DNA of 63,980 nucleotides, counting the filler, from Octopus bimaculoides (lineage: Eukaryota), in the NCBI RefSeq assembly GCF_001194135.2. It is 4 parts of 4 records of this genome, joined end to end, with 100 filler letters (N's around TTAATTAATTAA, not from the genome) between each part and the next. Parts side by side here need not be neighbours in the genome. Positions count along the whole stretch, not along the records: positions 1 to 25,635 come from NC_068987.1; 3 more parts are not named here. One strand, given 5' to 3'. The notes under the pieces were generated by a model that saw only the letters and a program-made list of their open reading frames with translations, searched no databases and had not been told where the DNA came from. A program made the translations under genes and the position numbers. This document shows, in pieces, positions 1 to 11,849 of this stretch (positions are counted from its first letter, which is position 1; each line of letters begins with the position of its first letter).

Positions 1-240
1 GCGTTTGTATAAGTGTGTGGGCGAGTCTGAGCGTGTGAGTGCATGCATATGTGTTGTGTGTGTGTGGTGTGTTGGGGGTAGGTGTGCTTACATGTGTGTG
101 TATGGGTGCGTGTATTTTTTGTGTGTGGGTATGTGTGCGTGTAGGTAGGGGTGAGACAAAAAGTGGAAAAATGTAGTGAGTGTAATAACAAGAGAATAAT
201 GGATATAATGTAAAGGGGACGAGGGGGGTATAGACTTTAT
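1..240. repeat. GT-rich low-complexity/degenerate microsatellite tract
   Basis: Interrupted (GT)n/(GTGT)n runs grading into purine-rich sequence. Confidence 0.8.
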
Positions 241-687
241 TTGTGGGTTGGAAGGTAACTAATGGTTTCATGTGAAGAGATCTAATCTTCACAACTATTC
301 AAGTGTGCCACATGGAATTGTTGGAATTTGTCTCTATTTTGGATGAGAATTCACAATGTTACACGAGACTGAACAGGATTTCAAAATAAATACAAATCAC
401 AGGAGGTAACTTATAAGAATATCTTGTTATCTCATTTGCATTAGTTTGAGATTTTTGCAAGAAATTGGTTCATCATAGATTAATTAATTTCTTAATCATC
501 TTATGTGAGAATGCTTGTGCATGCCCATATATGTCAGGTATAAGGCATCCATGTATGCAACGCATGCCTTCTTTTCTAAGATAAATAAAATTTTTAATGT
601 AAAATTAATTATTGATAGTTTTAACTTTCCTCAATTTTGTCATGAATTTTTTTCCCACTGGATAGTGGTTGCCTGAATGAATTATGA

Positions 688-776
688 CATGACCTCTGAA
701 TAGACACAGCATGTAGAAACATTTGCTTCTGGCATGACCTCTGAATAGACACAGCATGTAGAAACATTTGCTTCTG
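688..776. repeat. 45-bp direct tandem duplication
   Basis: catgacctctgaatagacacagcatgtagaaacatttgcttctg occurs twice back to back (688, 733). Confidence 0.95.
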
Positions 777-1149
777 ACTCTACAAGAAAATGCTTCTTAT
801 AAATAGAATGAATTTAATTGAATTGGTTAGTAGCCTTTAATAAAAGAAATGGCATTACAAGACTACTTAAAAAAGCAAATATACTTGCATGCTGTTGGGG
901 AATTAAAAAAATAGACAACTTGACTGCTGTTTTCTAGGGAGTGAAAAGAGAAAAAAAGTAGGTCAAAATATAGCAATTCTTTTTTCTGCTTACTTTCTTA
1001 ACTGCCTATTTAGGGGTCAAAAGTCACAACACTACCTCTTGGAATTTAATCATGTGGCCACTACCCAGAATTCATTAGCAGTGCAAAGGATCTAGTAGCA
1101 AATTTGATTTTGTGTGGTAACGTTTTTATTCAATACTTCAAAAAATTTT

Positions 1150-1870
1150 GCTTGATATTTCAAGATGTATTTGTGAAGTTGAGAACTACAAAAAAAAAAA
1201 AAAAAAAAGATTCATGTCATGGACAACAAGTTTGATGAATTTTACTCCTGGGTTTTAAATGATGTTACTGAACCACCAGAGCAGCAAAGTCGACATGAAG
1301 AACCAGAAGATTTAAGAACTTTGTTTCACAACATTTTAGATGAAATTATTGTTCACATTGAGCAAAGATTTAAAATGATAAAAGAGTTCAAATTTGTTGA
1401 ATTGTTGAATCTGAAGCTTTTTCACACTTATGAAAAACAATTTCTGACGGAAACATTTTCATCTCTGAATGTCTACAAAAATATATTGGAATTGGATGGA
1501 CTGAAATGCGAGCTCAAATCAGTTTATGCTGCAGATTTTGCAAAGCAAGTATCAAGTATCCAAGAAGTAGCAGATATAATATGGGAACTTGAATTAAACC
1601 AAGCTTTGGCAGAAGTAACAAAATTACTACATCTAATTCTGACCATACCTGCCACATCTGCATCCAGTGAGAGATCATTTACTTCTTTAAAGTGAGTAAA
1701 TAATTATTTGAGATGTTCTCAAAGTGAAGAGAGAATGAATAATTTGGTCTTCATTTCCACGAATAAAGACCTTTTGATGAAGGTAGAGCATGGTGCTGAT
1801 GCATTTTATAGCAAAGTGGCCAATGAATTTACCAAAAAGCAAAGAAGAATTGAACTGTTTTATAAATAAC
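1150..1870 (+). pseudogene. hAT-family transposase relic (C-terminal dimerisation region, ZMYM1-like type)
   Basis: ORF 1219-1695 ends LLHLILTIPATSASSERSFTSLK*, and the same frame continues past the stop as VNNYLRCSQSEERMNNLVFIS. This matches the hAT C-terminal dimerisation motif (TIPxTSAxxERSFS.LK...LR..M.xxRLxxL). Confidence 0.85.
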
Positions 1871-2559
1871 AGTGTGGTAAGAAGATTGCTTACCAACCAC
1901 ATGGTCATGGCTCCAGTCCCAAAAATGTCTTTCATCCTTGCTGGTCGTTTAGAAATGTGATTTTTCTCCCCCCTTTTAAAGGAAAAATATATGGTAGTAT
2001 TTATAAGCATAATCAGATGTGCCAATTGCAGTCATGTACAAATTACTTAGTACATTGTAGAAAAAAGATACAAGAATAAATTATGTGAAGCCGAAGGTAA
2101 ATCCACAATAATGGAGTTCATATCTAACTGTGGCAACAACACAACAGAAACTAAAAAGAAGCTTGTCGTATATTTATTACAGGAATTCCTTGATTAGTGG
2201 GGTTAATTAATTCTCGTGAAACACTACATCTACCAAAACCACACTAATCAAGACAAAGAGCCAATGCAATAATCATAACGAACTCTGGAAAATACCAAAA
2301 TTATAAAGATTTTTTTCACTCAAAGCACATCTATAATGCATTGTTGTTTACATTAAATCATTGAGGAATATATTAAAAAAATATAGTAAGATTTAAATTT
2401 TATTTTTTACTAAAAACCTTATCTAACTTCAGTTAAACAGTGGTAGCTTTTTTCCTTTCCTCCATGATTTTGCGTTAACAATCAATTTGCATATTTAGCC
2501 CTCGACGAACATTCATACATCTCTTTTCATTTGAATCAATATCTTGAACAAGTTCTTTA

Positions 2560-3590
2560 GCTTTTTCAATTGCTTATAACAATTCTTCAAATTTTTTGAT
2601 TGAAATATGTTGGTGTGGTTTCCATTTCTTCTGTTTCCTTTTCATCTTCTCCTTCATATGCCTTTTGATGCTTCATTCCAAGAAGATTATTGTTACTTAG
2701 ATTTTTTTTTCTTTTTTTTTAAGCGATTCCAATAATTCTCAAACATTTTCCAAGTCTAATTCTTTAATTCCTCAAAGCAGAGGTATCTTCCAACTATAAC
2801 AATTTCATCAAAAACTTTGTTGTTGGGATTATTGAAACCGAAAAAATTGTTAGTGCATTCAGGCAAAAGATTCTGCCAGACTGCTCTCATACAGCTGTCT
2901 GTTACTTCTTTCAAGACTTGTGAATATTTTCAACTGTTTAATATCAATTTTTTCCCAAAATTCTTCAGGAGTGGTTGGATTATATCCAGTTATAACTTGA
3001 ATTACCTGGGCAAAAGTTCTTCGCACATAATATGCTTTGAATGTAGAAATCACTCCTTGATCCATTGGCTGTAGTAAAAAAGTCGTACTTGGCGGTAGAT
3101 ATATAACCTTCACATTGCTATTTAAATCATTAAGCGAGGTGGGATGCCCAGGGGCATTATCTAAAATTAAAAGAACTTTGAAATCCAAATTATTATAATT
3201 TTCTTTTAGCAATATTTTTCAAACTTGGAAAAAAATTGAACTATTCTTCAAACAACTGCTTTGTCACCCAAGCCCTTTCATTTGCTTTCCAAATCACTGA
3301 AAGGGATTGCTTGTTACTGCCTTTTAATGCTCTTGGGTTCATTGTACAATAAATTAGCATCGGTTTTAATTTGCATTCAACTTTGGTAGAAGTATTAATC
3401 TATCCTTGGGTGCTTTATAACCTGATGTCATTGCCTCTTTTCTTGCCAGAAAAGTTCTTGTTGACATTTTTTTCCAGACTAGGCCAGTTTTGTTGACATT
3501 GAAGATTTTATGATAATCCTACCAATTTTCTTCAATTATATCCATATGTTGATAAATGGTGTTTTTTACTTATGGCCAACTGTACTTGAA
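2560..3590 (-). mobile_element. Tigger/pogo (CENP-B-like DDE) transposase relic
   Basis: ORF 2859-3212 has KVLLILDNAPGHP...VKVIYLPPSTTFLLQPMDQGVISTFKAYY. Upstream broken frames give IFNVNKTGLVWKKM...TFLA and KPMLIY...NPRALKG. Multiple stops and frameshifts. Confidence 0.9.
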
Positions 3591-5222
3591 AAATAAAATA
3601 TGACACAAATAAATAAAATTCTTTAAAAAAAGCACCTATTATTTTTTTAATTAAAAACCAATCAAAATTTACTTTAACTTCTATGTTTTATTTTTATTAC
3701 AGTGAAATATAAGATACTATAAANNNNNNNNNNNNNNNNNNNNNNNNNNNNNNNNNNNNNNNNNNNNNNNNNNNNNNNNNNNNNNNNNNNNNNNNNNNNN
3801 NNNNNNNNNNNNNNNNNNNNNNNNNNNNNNNNNNNNNNNNNNNNNNNNNNNNNNNNNNNNNNNNNNNNNNNNNNNNNNNNNNNNNNNNNNNNNNNNNNNN
3901 NNNNNNNNNNNNNNNNNNNNNNNNNNNNNNNNNNNNNNNNNNNNNNNNNNNNNNNNNNNNNNNNNNNNNNNNNNNNNNNNNNNNNNNNNNNNNNNNNNNN
4001 NNNNNNNNNNNNNNNNNNNNNNNNNNNNNNNNNNNNNNNNNNNNNNNNNNNNNNNNNNNNNNNNNNNNNNNNNNNNNNNNNNNNNNNNNNNNNNNNNNNN
4101 NNNNNNNNNNNNNNNNNNNNNNNNNNNNNNNNNNNNNNNNNNNNNNNNNNNNNNNNNNNNNNNNNNNNNNNNNNNNNNNNNNNNNNNNNNNNNNNNNNNN
4201 NNNNNNNNNNNNNNNNNNNNNNNNNNNNNNNNNNNNNNNNNNNNNNNNNNNNNNNNNNNNNNNNNNNNNNNNNNNNNNNNNNNNNNNNNNNNNNNNNNNN
4301 NNNNNNNNNNNNNNNNNNNNNNNNNNNNNNNNNNNNNNNNNNNNNNNNNNNNNNNNNNNNNNNNNNNNNNNNNNNNNNNNNNNNNNNNNNNNNNNNNNNN
4401 NNNNNNNNNNNNNNNNNNNNNNNNNNNNNNNNNNNNNNNNNNNNNNNNNNNNNNNNNNNNNNNNNNNNNNNNNNNNNNNNNNNNNNNNNNNNNNNNNNNN
4501 NNNNNNNNNNNNNNNNNNNNNNNNNNNNNNNNNNNNNNNNNNNNNNNNNNNNNNNNNNNNNNNNNNNNNNNNNNNNNNNNNNNNNNNNNNNNNNNNNNNN
4601 NNNNNNNNNNNNNNNNNNNNNNNNNNNNNNNNNNNNNNNNNNTGGAATTCTTGTATATATTTTGCAAATGTTTGTATGTACTTTTCTCGTGTCTTACTAA
4701 CTACTTCAAAACGGTGCATCGTAAGAGGGAAACTATCTTCATTTTCAGACTCCTCATGTCTCAAAGCATATAATACTACACTTTTCATGGAAAATGGGGG
4801 AGGGTGGAATACTCGGAAATTCCCCTCTCCCCAACGTCTGTGTCTGGGGGGGTGAGGTGGACTGCATGCCCTAGTTTCCAAGTCACCCTTTGTTGCTGAT
4901 ATATATATATATATATATAGATGATTAAAATATTAATTAATCTATGGTGAACACAATCTCTTGCAAAAATCCAGGGCTAATGCAAAGGAATATAATAATT
5001 AAGATATTCTTATAAGTTACCTCATATGATCAGTGTATTTATTTTGAAATGCTGTTCAGATTCATGTAACCTCATATATTCTCATTCATAGGGCATGCTT
5101 GAAAAATTGTAAAGATCAAACCTCTTAACATGAAACCATTGGTTGCTTTGTTAATCCTCAAATAAAGAATATTTATCCACCAATGCAGTGTTGTGCATGT
5201 ATTCTCACTGTTTGATGTTAGC

Positions 5223-5274
<52 letters not shown>

Positions 5275-5832
5275 TTATGTATATAGATACTTTTTATTGA
5301 TTTACACACACACATATATAGATATATACACCCCTATACATCCATATATATGTGTGTTTGTATAAGTACATATACATACATATATATTTACATACATAAA
5401 TATCATTTGGAAACAATGGCACAGAGAACACAATTGAATTACTGTTGGGAGTGGAGTATCTAATGATTCAGATAAAGTCCTTGTTCAAGGTTAACATTTA
5501 AATCAAAATATTACAAGTGATGATAAATTGACTGTGTTGTGACTGTCATACACATACACCCACATATATACACGATGGGCTTCTTTCACTTTTCATGTAC
5601 CAAATCCATTCACAAGGATTTGGTTAGCCAGGCTACAGTAGAAGATACTTGCCCGAAGTGCTGAACCCAGAATGATGTTGGGAAGCAAATGCTTGACCAC
5701 ACAGCTGTGCATGTACCTGTATGGGGGGAGGGGGAAGGAAGAGGCTTCCAGAAGTAGAATAACACTCAATCAACTACAAGAGTTCAGATGTTATAATGAA
5801 AACTACAGTCTTGCAAAATACAGTTACCCAGG

Positions 5833-6618
5833 GTTTTGTGAACAAAGCATAAATTTATTATGCCATTTTCAAGCTGAGAACAAAACTGTTTGTCAATTTG
5901 TTTTTAAAGCAAATGATGTTAGAACAGGGAATGCTCACAAGGAAGAAGACAGAAAGAAAAAGACAGGGGAGATAACCAACATTATAACAAACAAGATATC
6001 AATGTGTCTGATAGCCTATTTTTAAATTCTACCAAGATTTATTTCTAAAACTGTGAACAAAAAGAAAGTAACTCATTCCTGGAATTTATGTTGCTTTTCA
6101 AAAGAACACATTGAACATCTTTTTGACTTGTTAATACAGGGTTTGGTTTTGGAAAGGATTTGCCATCTGCTGTTGTAGTTGATCCCTTTGTCTATAAGTT
6201 TCCAAAGTAAAGCTGAGGGATGTACAACAACCCTTTCAGCTAATATATTAATGGGTCAAAAAGATGTTCAGTATATGTTCTCTTGGAAAACTATATCACT
6301 TAAAGAACTTAAGAGCCTCCAATGGCTACATAAATTCCAGGAACAAAATTTTTTCTTTATGTCCACATTTTAAGAAATAAATCTTGGCGGAATTTAAAAA
6401 CAGGCCATAGGATAGATTGTCAGCTATTAATATTTTGTTAACATTTTTTTTAGTCTCATTTGTTGTAATGCTGGTTATTACCACTGGGTTTTTCTTTCTG
6501 TTTTCTTCCTTTTGAGTATTTTCTGTCCAAATGTCACTTGCTTTAAAAGCAACTAGCAAATGGGTTTTATTCTCAGCTTGAAAAATATCAAAATAAATTT
6601 ATGTTTTGGCCACAAAAC
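5833..6618. repeat. Long inverted repeat (arms ~5833-6091 and ~6328-6618)
   Basis: For example ttttcaagctgagaa (5866) vs ttctcagcttgaaaa (~6572), and ttcctggaatttatgt vs acataaattccaggaa. Arms are collinear but diverged. Confidence 0.85.
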
Positions 6619-6724
6619 TTGTGGTTTTCATCATAACATTATATTATATGTATGTATGTATACCTATTTATATATCTACACGCACATATATAATCAAAAT
6701 AAGTAATAGGATGTCAAGTATTAG

Positions 6725-6810
6725 TGCAATACAACTGTTTCAAGCGGCTCTGTTTAATTGAACAATGCAAGCACTACATCAATCTATAGACAGTGCCATC
6801 TTCAGTTGCA
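6725..6810 (-). ncRNA. Degenerate type I hammerhead ribozyme motif
   Basis: Minus strand reads tgcaa-CTGAAGA-tggc...gccgctt-GAAAC-agtt-GTA-ttgca. Stem I is a perfect 5 bp; the base of stem II is imperfect. Confidence 0.6.
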
Positions 6811-7156
6811 AGAAATATGGATTTTCAACAGACAAGATTATATTAATATAATTTTTCTCAAATATCTTATAGAGGATGAAGGAATTTCATGTTTCACTAT
6901 TGCAGCAAGGATAAGCTAAGAGAAGAACAACTACAATTTTGGAGTGGCATGGAACACAATGAGGGTCATAGGGTTGTAATTTATTTCTAATTTTTTATCT
7001 ACCTTCTTATCATCAACAAAAGATCTAAGAATAAAGAGCATTGTGAGTTGACAGCTCAGAGCTGGCTGCTGGTCATAAATAAGTATTACTAGATGTTTCT
7101 CCTAATCCTTAATTTCTTACTATGTATGTGTGTGTGTGTATGTATACATACATACA

Positions 7157-7218
<62 letters not shown>

Positions 7219-8017
7219 ATATATGTGTTCCAAAATGGAGGTGAACACCTTTCTCCATGTGATTGGGTTGAAAAATTGTTAAGACATAAGGAAATTTTCC
7301 TACTTTTCTTAACATGAAACCAATGGTAGTCTTAATTCACAAGTAAAGAAATTATATCCACCAATGCAGTGTTGAGCACTCATTTTCACTGTACAACATT
7401 TATGTATATACATGTGTGTGTGTATAATGAATGAGGGAAATGGAAAATGGAGTTCATGAGAATCTTGATTCATCACAACAATCATTTCAACCCATCTTGC
7501 ATTGGTCCCTTGCAGGTGGGATACTATACAACTGGTTGAGCTGCATCTTCTGATGCAGATGCATCTCACCAGGTGTCTAATTTCAAAGAAGATACCTTGC
7601 TAAATATACTCAATTTCACTTGGCAAGTTGTTGTTGCCTATAATGACAGGGGATGGATACAATTTCTAGGTTATAACCAGTTAACAGGTCTGGCTATAGT
7701 TCATACTGAATACATGACAGAGTAAAATAATAAAGGATAAAGAATTAAAAATGACAAAGGATAAGAACTAAAAGAGATAAAATGAAGAAAGATAGATATA
7801 CATGTGTTGACATAAACACATATACAGATGTATATACACACACACACTCCAGTGGTCTTGTGAACATACATACCCAAGCTTACACTGTATTCAATGACAT
7901 TTCCTTAATGGTGTAAGTGTGGGTATGTCCAGAAGACCACTGAGGTGTGTGTGTGCATGTAAATTTATCTATATGTGTGTGTATGTGTGTATGTATATAT
8001 CTATTTGTATATGTATG

Positions 8018-8081
8018 TGTCTAGTGGTCAGGAATCCTGGCTTTTACCCAGGTGACCTGGGTTCGATTCCTGGCATGGGAA
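8018..8081 (+). pseudogene. tRNA-Glu(TTC)-derived pseudogene, 5' truncated, anticodon drifted to TTT
   Basis: tctagtggtcaggaatcctggcttttacccaggtgacctgggttcgattcctggcatgggaa matches the eukaryotic tRNA-Glu pattern (GGTCTAGCGGTTAGGATTCCTGGTTTTCACCCAGG...GGGTTCGA.TCCCGG..TGGGAA). Anticodon stem cctgg/ccagg. The 5' acceptor strand is replaced by microsatellite. Confidence 0.8.
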
Positions 8082-8091
8082 CACAATATTT

Positions 8092-8145
8092 TCGTCCAAC
8101 CTGTGCCAGCATGGAAAACAGACGTTAAACGATGATGATGATGAT
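8092..8145 (+). mobile_element. RTE LINE 3' tail fragment ending in (GAT)n
   Basis: tcgtccaacctgtgccagcatggaaaacagacgttaaacgatgatgatg is similar to the 3' end of the RTE at 56045-56102. Confidence 0.85.
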
Positions 8146-8390
8146 ATATTATATATGTATGTGTGTATGTACATATATATATAAATTCAATTAGAGGTTA
8201 AATTAGGCTCATTAAGGGATGGTATTATCCAATGAATTACTGGTTCATTACCTAATATTTGTTGTGAATAATAATATTCATAAAACAATAGGTTTATGTA
8301 TAAACTATGATTTAATCATTTAAAAGAAAATAAGAAAATGGAGGTATAGCATTTAATAAAAATTTATTATCTGCAAAAATTAAACATAGT

Positions 8391-8475
8391 CCCTTACAGC
8401 TGTTTCAATTAAGCCTAAAAAGATTAAACAGCTATTATTAAAATCATTATACTAGGCAAAAATATCTTCAGAGGG
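8391..8475 (-). ncRNA. Type I hammerhead ribozyme motif (left arm copy, degenerate)
   Basis: Minus strand reads ccct-CTGAAGA-...gccta...taggc...-GAAAC-agct-GTA-aggg. Confidence 0.65.
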
Positions 8476-9136
8476 GTAGAAAAAAGATATATCATTAGGT
8501 CTTTATGTGTTGTATTTTAGAATCATCACAGCAGACTGAATATTATTTTATGGCTAATACTGGTATATGCCTGGGTTAGGGGGGTTATAGGGTGTTTTAG
8601 TGGGTGATGGATAATATGTGAATATAATTAGGGTAATAATGGGAAAATAATGGGTGATAGTGGGTGAATAGTAAATTACAGTGTGTTTATAAAATTGAGA
8701 GACACTCATATAAAAATAATACATATACTAACACCAAAGACTTTCATCTTTTAATTAGTGCACACACACATATATACATATCTATACATGTCTAAATATA
8801 ATATATATATGCACTAATTAAATGATGAATGTTTTTGACCAGTGTTAATATGTTCATGCATTATTTTTAAATAAGTTTCTCTCAATTTTATAAACAACTT
8901 ACTAAAGTATTTATCTCCTCACTTATATGATACTATTCTTCATTGTAATTTACTATTCAACCTCTATTTACCCATTATTATCCTAATTATATTCACATAT
9001 TAACCATTACCCACTAAAACAACCTATAACACCCTAACCTAGGCATATACCAACATTAGCCATAAAATAATATTCAGTCTGCTATGATGATTCTAGAATA
9101 CAACACTTAAAAACCTAATGGTATAACTTTTTCTAC

Positions 9137-9220
9137 CCCTCTGAAGAGATTTTGCCTAATATAATGATTTTAATAATAGCTATTTCATCTTTTTAGGCTT
9201 AACTGAAACAGCTGTAAGGG
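9137..9220 (+). ncRNA. Type I hammerhead ribozyme motif (right arm copy)
   Basis: ccct-CTGAAGA-gattttgcctaa...ttaggcttaact-GAAAC-agct-GTA-aggg. Stem I ccct/aggg, palindromic stem III ACAGCTGT, GUA triplet. Confidence 0.7.
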
Positions 9221-9300
9221 ACTATGTTTGATTTTTGCAGATAATAAATTTTTATTAAATGCTATATCTCCATTTTCTTATTTTACTTTTTTATATATAC

Positions 9301-9331
<31 letters not shown>

Positions 9332-9332
<1 letters not shown>

Positions 9333-10529
9333 TGGGTCACTCCATAAATAATGTGATTTTTTTCAAATGTATGAACTAAAAGTTGGAGGGGGATGGAATA
9401 AACTACCTGCATCAACTTGCTATAAAAGCGGGTAGTAATTTTACCTTGTCCTTATTCTTAGTGCAAATTTTGAAGAGTGCAGTTCGATTTTAACAGTTAT
9501 TTATTCAAAGCTATATTGGAAGTGACAATTTTGCTTTATGGGTTCAATTAAGGCAACAACATAGCAGAAAGAGCGAGGAAAATTAATGCAGTATTTGGGG
9601 ATAGGACAATAAGTGTAAGCCAGTGTCAACAGTGGTTCCAGAAATTCGAAGCCGGAAACTATGGAAATTTCAAGCCTCATCCTGGAAGATCTTGCACGTC
9701 CTGCAAACCCTGGTGGAACAAAATCCCATCGTAACTGTTGATGAACTAGCAGAGAAGCTTGGATTTGGTCATTCAACCATTTATCGACACCTACATGCCA
9801 TCGGAAAAGTCAGCAAATTGGGTCAGTGGGTTCCTCACAAACTTTCTGAGTCTAATTGTGCACAGAGAGTGAATGTGTGCTCTACTTTGCTGTCACATCT
9901 CATGAATGAACCTTTTGGACTGAATAGTGACTAGCGACAAGAAATGGGTTCTCTATAAAAATGTCAAGCGCTGAAGACAGTGGGTATGGAAAGGAGAAAC
10001 ACTGGTACCCCAGGCTAAAGAAGCTCTTCACCCATATAAGGTGTTGTTATCTGTTTGGTGGGATATGATAAGTTTAGTCCACTTTGAACTTTTAGACCTA
10101 AACCAAATGATAATGAAGGAGATCTATTGCGAGAAGCTTGAGCAGCTTAAGTCAACGCTAGAAGAAAAACAACCATTTTTGGTTTCAAGACGAAATATGT
10201 TCTTCTNNNNNNNNNNAAACGGTGCCCCATCCACCATATTCACTGGACATTGCCCCATCGGATTATCATTTATTTCACAGTCTTCAAAATTATTTGGATG
10301 GAAAAAATATGAATTCTGTAGATGAGGTTAGAACAATACTGGAGGAGTATTTTTCGTCATGGAATAAGTGAATTTTGGAAGAGGGGCCTTGCAAGTCTAC
10401 CAGACAGATAGAAGAGCACTGTAGAAAATGAAGGAGAGTATATTTTAGATTAAAAAAGAACTTTGTTTATCTTAGGTTTGAAAAATAAAAGAAGTATAAA
10501 AAAATCACATTATTTATGGGATGACCCAA
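9332..10529 (+). mobile_element. Mariner transposon, near full length, decayed
   Basis: TIRs ttgggtcactccataaataatgtgattttt / aaaatcacattatttatgggatgacccaa followed by TA. Fragments include HLHAIGKVSKLGQWVPHKL, IVTxDKKW and MLLSVWWD. Confidence 0.9.
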
Positions 10530-10980
10530 TATGTAAAAGAACACCAGCATTTATTTTTCAGCTTAATATTTATTCAAGTGATTGTACTAGGTTCCAGTTT
10601 GATTTGGCCTGGTTTCTATGGCTTGATGGCCTTCTTAATGTCAACCGCTTTACAATGTATGCTGGATGCCTTCAATGTGCCACTGACATGAGTGCTTCTG
10701 TGTGTGTGTATATATATATACACATACACACATATTGATTAAAATTTTTTTTTAAATTCATTACTCCCACCTCTTACTTCAGCAATCTTATTCTTGTCCT
10801 TCAGTTCCTCCTCACCCTTGCCAACTTCCCTTCCTCTTTTAATTTCTCTTTCCTACTCCTTCTCTCACCTGACATCTTAAACTTTGAACAAAGATTCTAC
10901 CTGAAACATTGGACACTATAAAAAGTAATTTAACTGTGCTCTTTGTGCTATCATTTCTAAATAATACATATATATAAATA

Positions 10981-11666
10981 TATATAAAGGGCATTAACTG
11001 TGTATTAATGCCTCACGCTATCGAGGGACTAAATAAGTAAAAAAACTACCAAAAATAAGTAACATATTTACCGAAAGCGAGGGAATGCAGCTTTTCTTAT
11101 AAAGAATTTATCCTATATTATATTTTAAATAATTAGAATATATTCAGTGCTGAATATCATTCTGTATAAGCACATGTTACCGAGATGCAACTGGATAAAT
11201 TCAAATCTCTTTCAGGGATATATAATTGTGAACAAAAGTCATCGTTACTGTGATGGCTACATCATGGTAGGTTGATTCTTGTTTATTTTTATATATCTTG
11301 ATGATACGTGTACTGATGAACAAAAGAATACAGGTTACTTCACAGTTTTTTCTGTATTTGATTGAGAAACCAGTAGTCTACCGTTGAGTTAAATGTTTTT
11401 AAGAGATAAATTTTGAAAAGCTGCATTCCCTCGCTTTCGGTAAATATGTTACTTATTTTTGGTAGTTTTTTTTTACTTATTTTGTCCCTTGATAGCGTGA
11501 GGCATTAATTAATACACAGTTAATGCCCTTTATATATATTTAAATATATCTATGAAGAAACGATGAATCTTTTCATTACGAAATTTTTCGTTATTTTTTC
11601 ATTATGAGGTTTTTTCACGCTGACTACTTGATAAATTCTTATAAAGAATTTATCCTATATTATATT
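10981..11666. mobile_element. Penelope-like non-autonomous element: inverted arms 10981-11096/11415-11536 plus a 29-bp direct repeat (11096, 11638)
   Basis: aaagggcattaactgtgtattaatgcctcacgctatc...gaatgcagcttttc is inverted at 11415-11536. cttataaagaatttatcctatattatatt is repeated, and a hammerhead lies between the arms. A related arm sequence occurs at ~58750-58845. Confidence 0.7.
11306..11384 (+). ncRNA. Type I hammerhead ribozyme motif, near canonical
   Basis: acgtgta-CTGATGA-acaa..aatacag...ctgtatt..ttga-GAAAC-cagta-GTC-taccgt. Stem I has 6 bp with one bulge, and there is a GUC triplet. A.A mismatch at the base of stem II. Confidence 0.7.
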
Positions 11667-11812
11667 ATAATACATATATATATGTATGTATGTGTGTGTG
11701 TGTGTGTGTGTATGTGTTTGCATGAGTGTGTGTATATGTATATAGATACATATATGCATGTGTATGTGTGTGCATATGTATATGTGTGTGTATGTATGTG
11801 TGAGTGTATGTA

Positions 11813-11849
<37 letters not shown>

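Larger units (their letters stand above)
8322..9290. mobile_element. Foldback element with ~440-480 bp inverted arms (8322-8762, 8810-9290) around a short microsatellite spacer
   Basis: Arms are reverse complements over their length (e.g. cccttacagctgtttca / tgaaacagctgtaaggg; taattagtgca / tgcactaatta). Each arm carries a hammerhead motif. Confidence 0.9.

Noticed and set aside
3697-4881. Long ORFs spanning N runs (also 16304-16628, 36332-37027, 50717-51498, 54160-55342, 60300-60727)
   Set aside because: Open only because N codons are not stops; assembly gaps.
7093-7317. YI/VC/HT-repeat ORFs (also 11604-12040, 42060-42477, 56337-56698, 63093-63397)
   Set aside because: Translations of (TA)n/(CA)n/(GTAT)n microsatellites.
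8018-8081. Functional tRNA-Lys(TTT) gene
   Set aside because: The body is tRNA-Glu type, the 5' acceptor strand is missing, and it is fused to a LINE tail; treated as a pseudogene.
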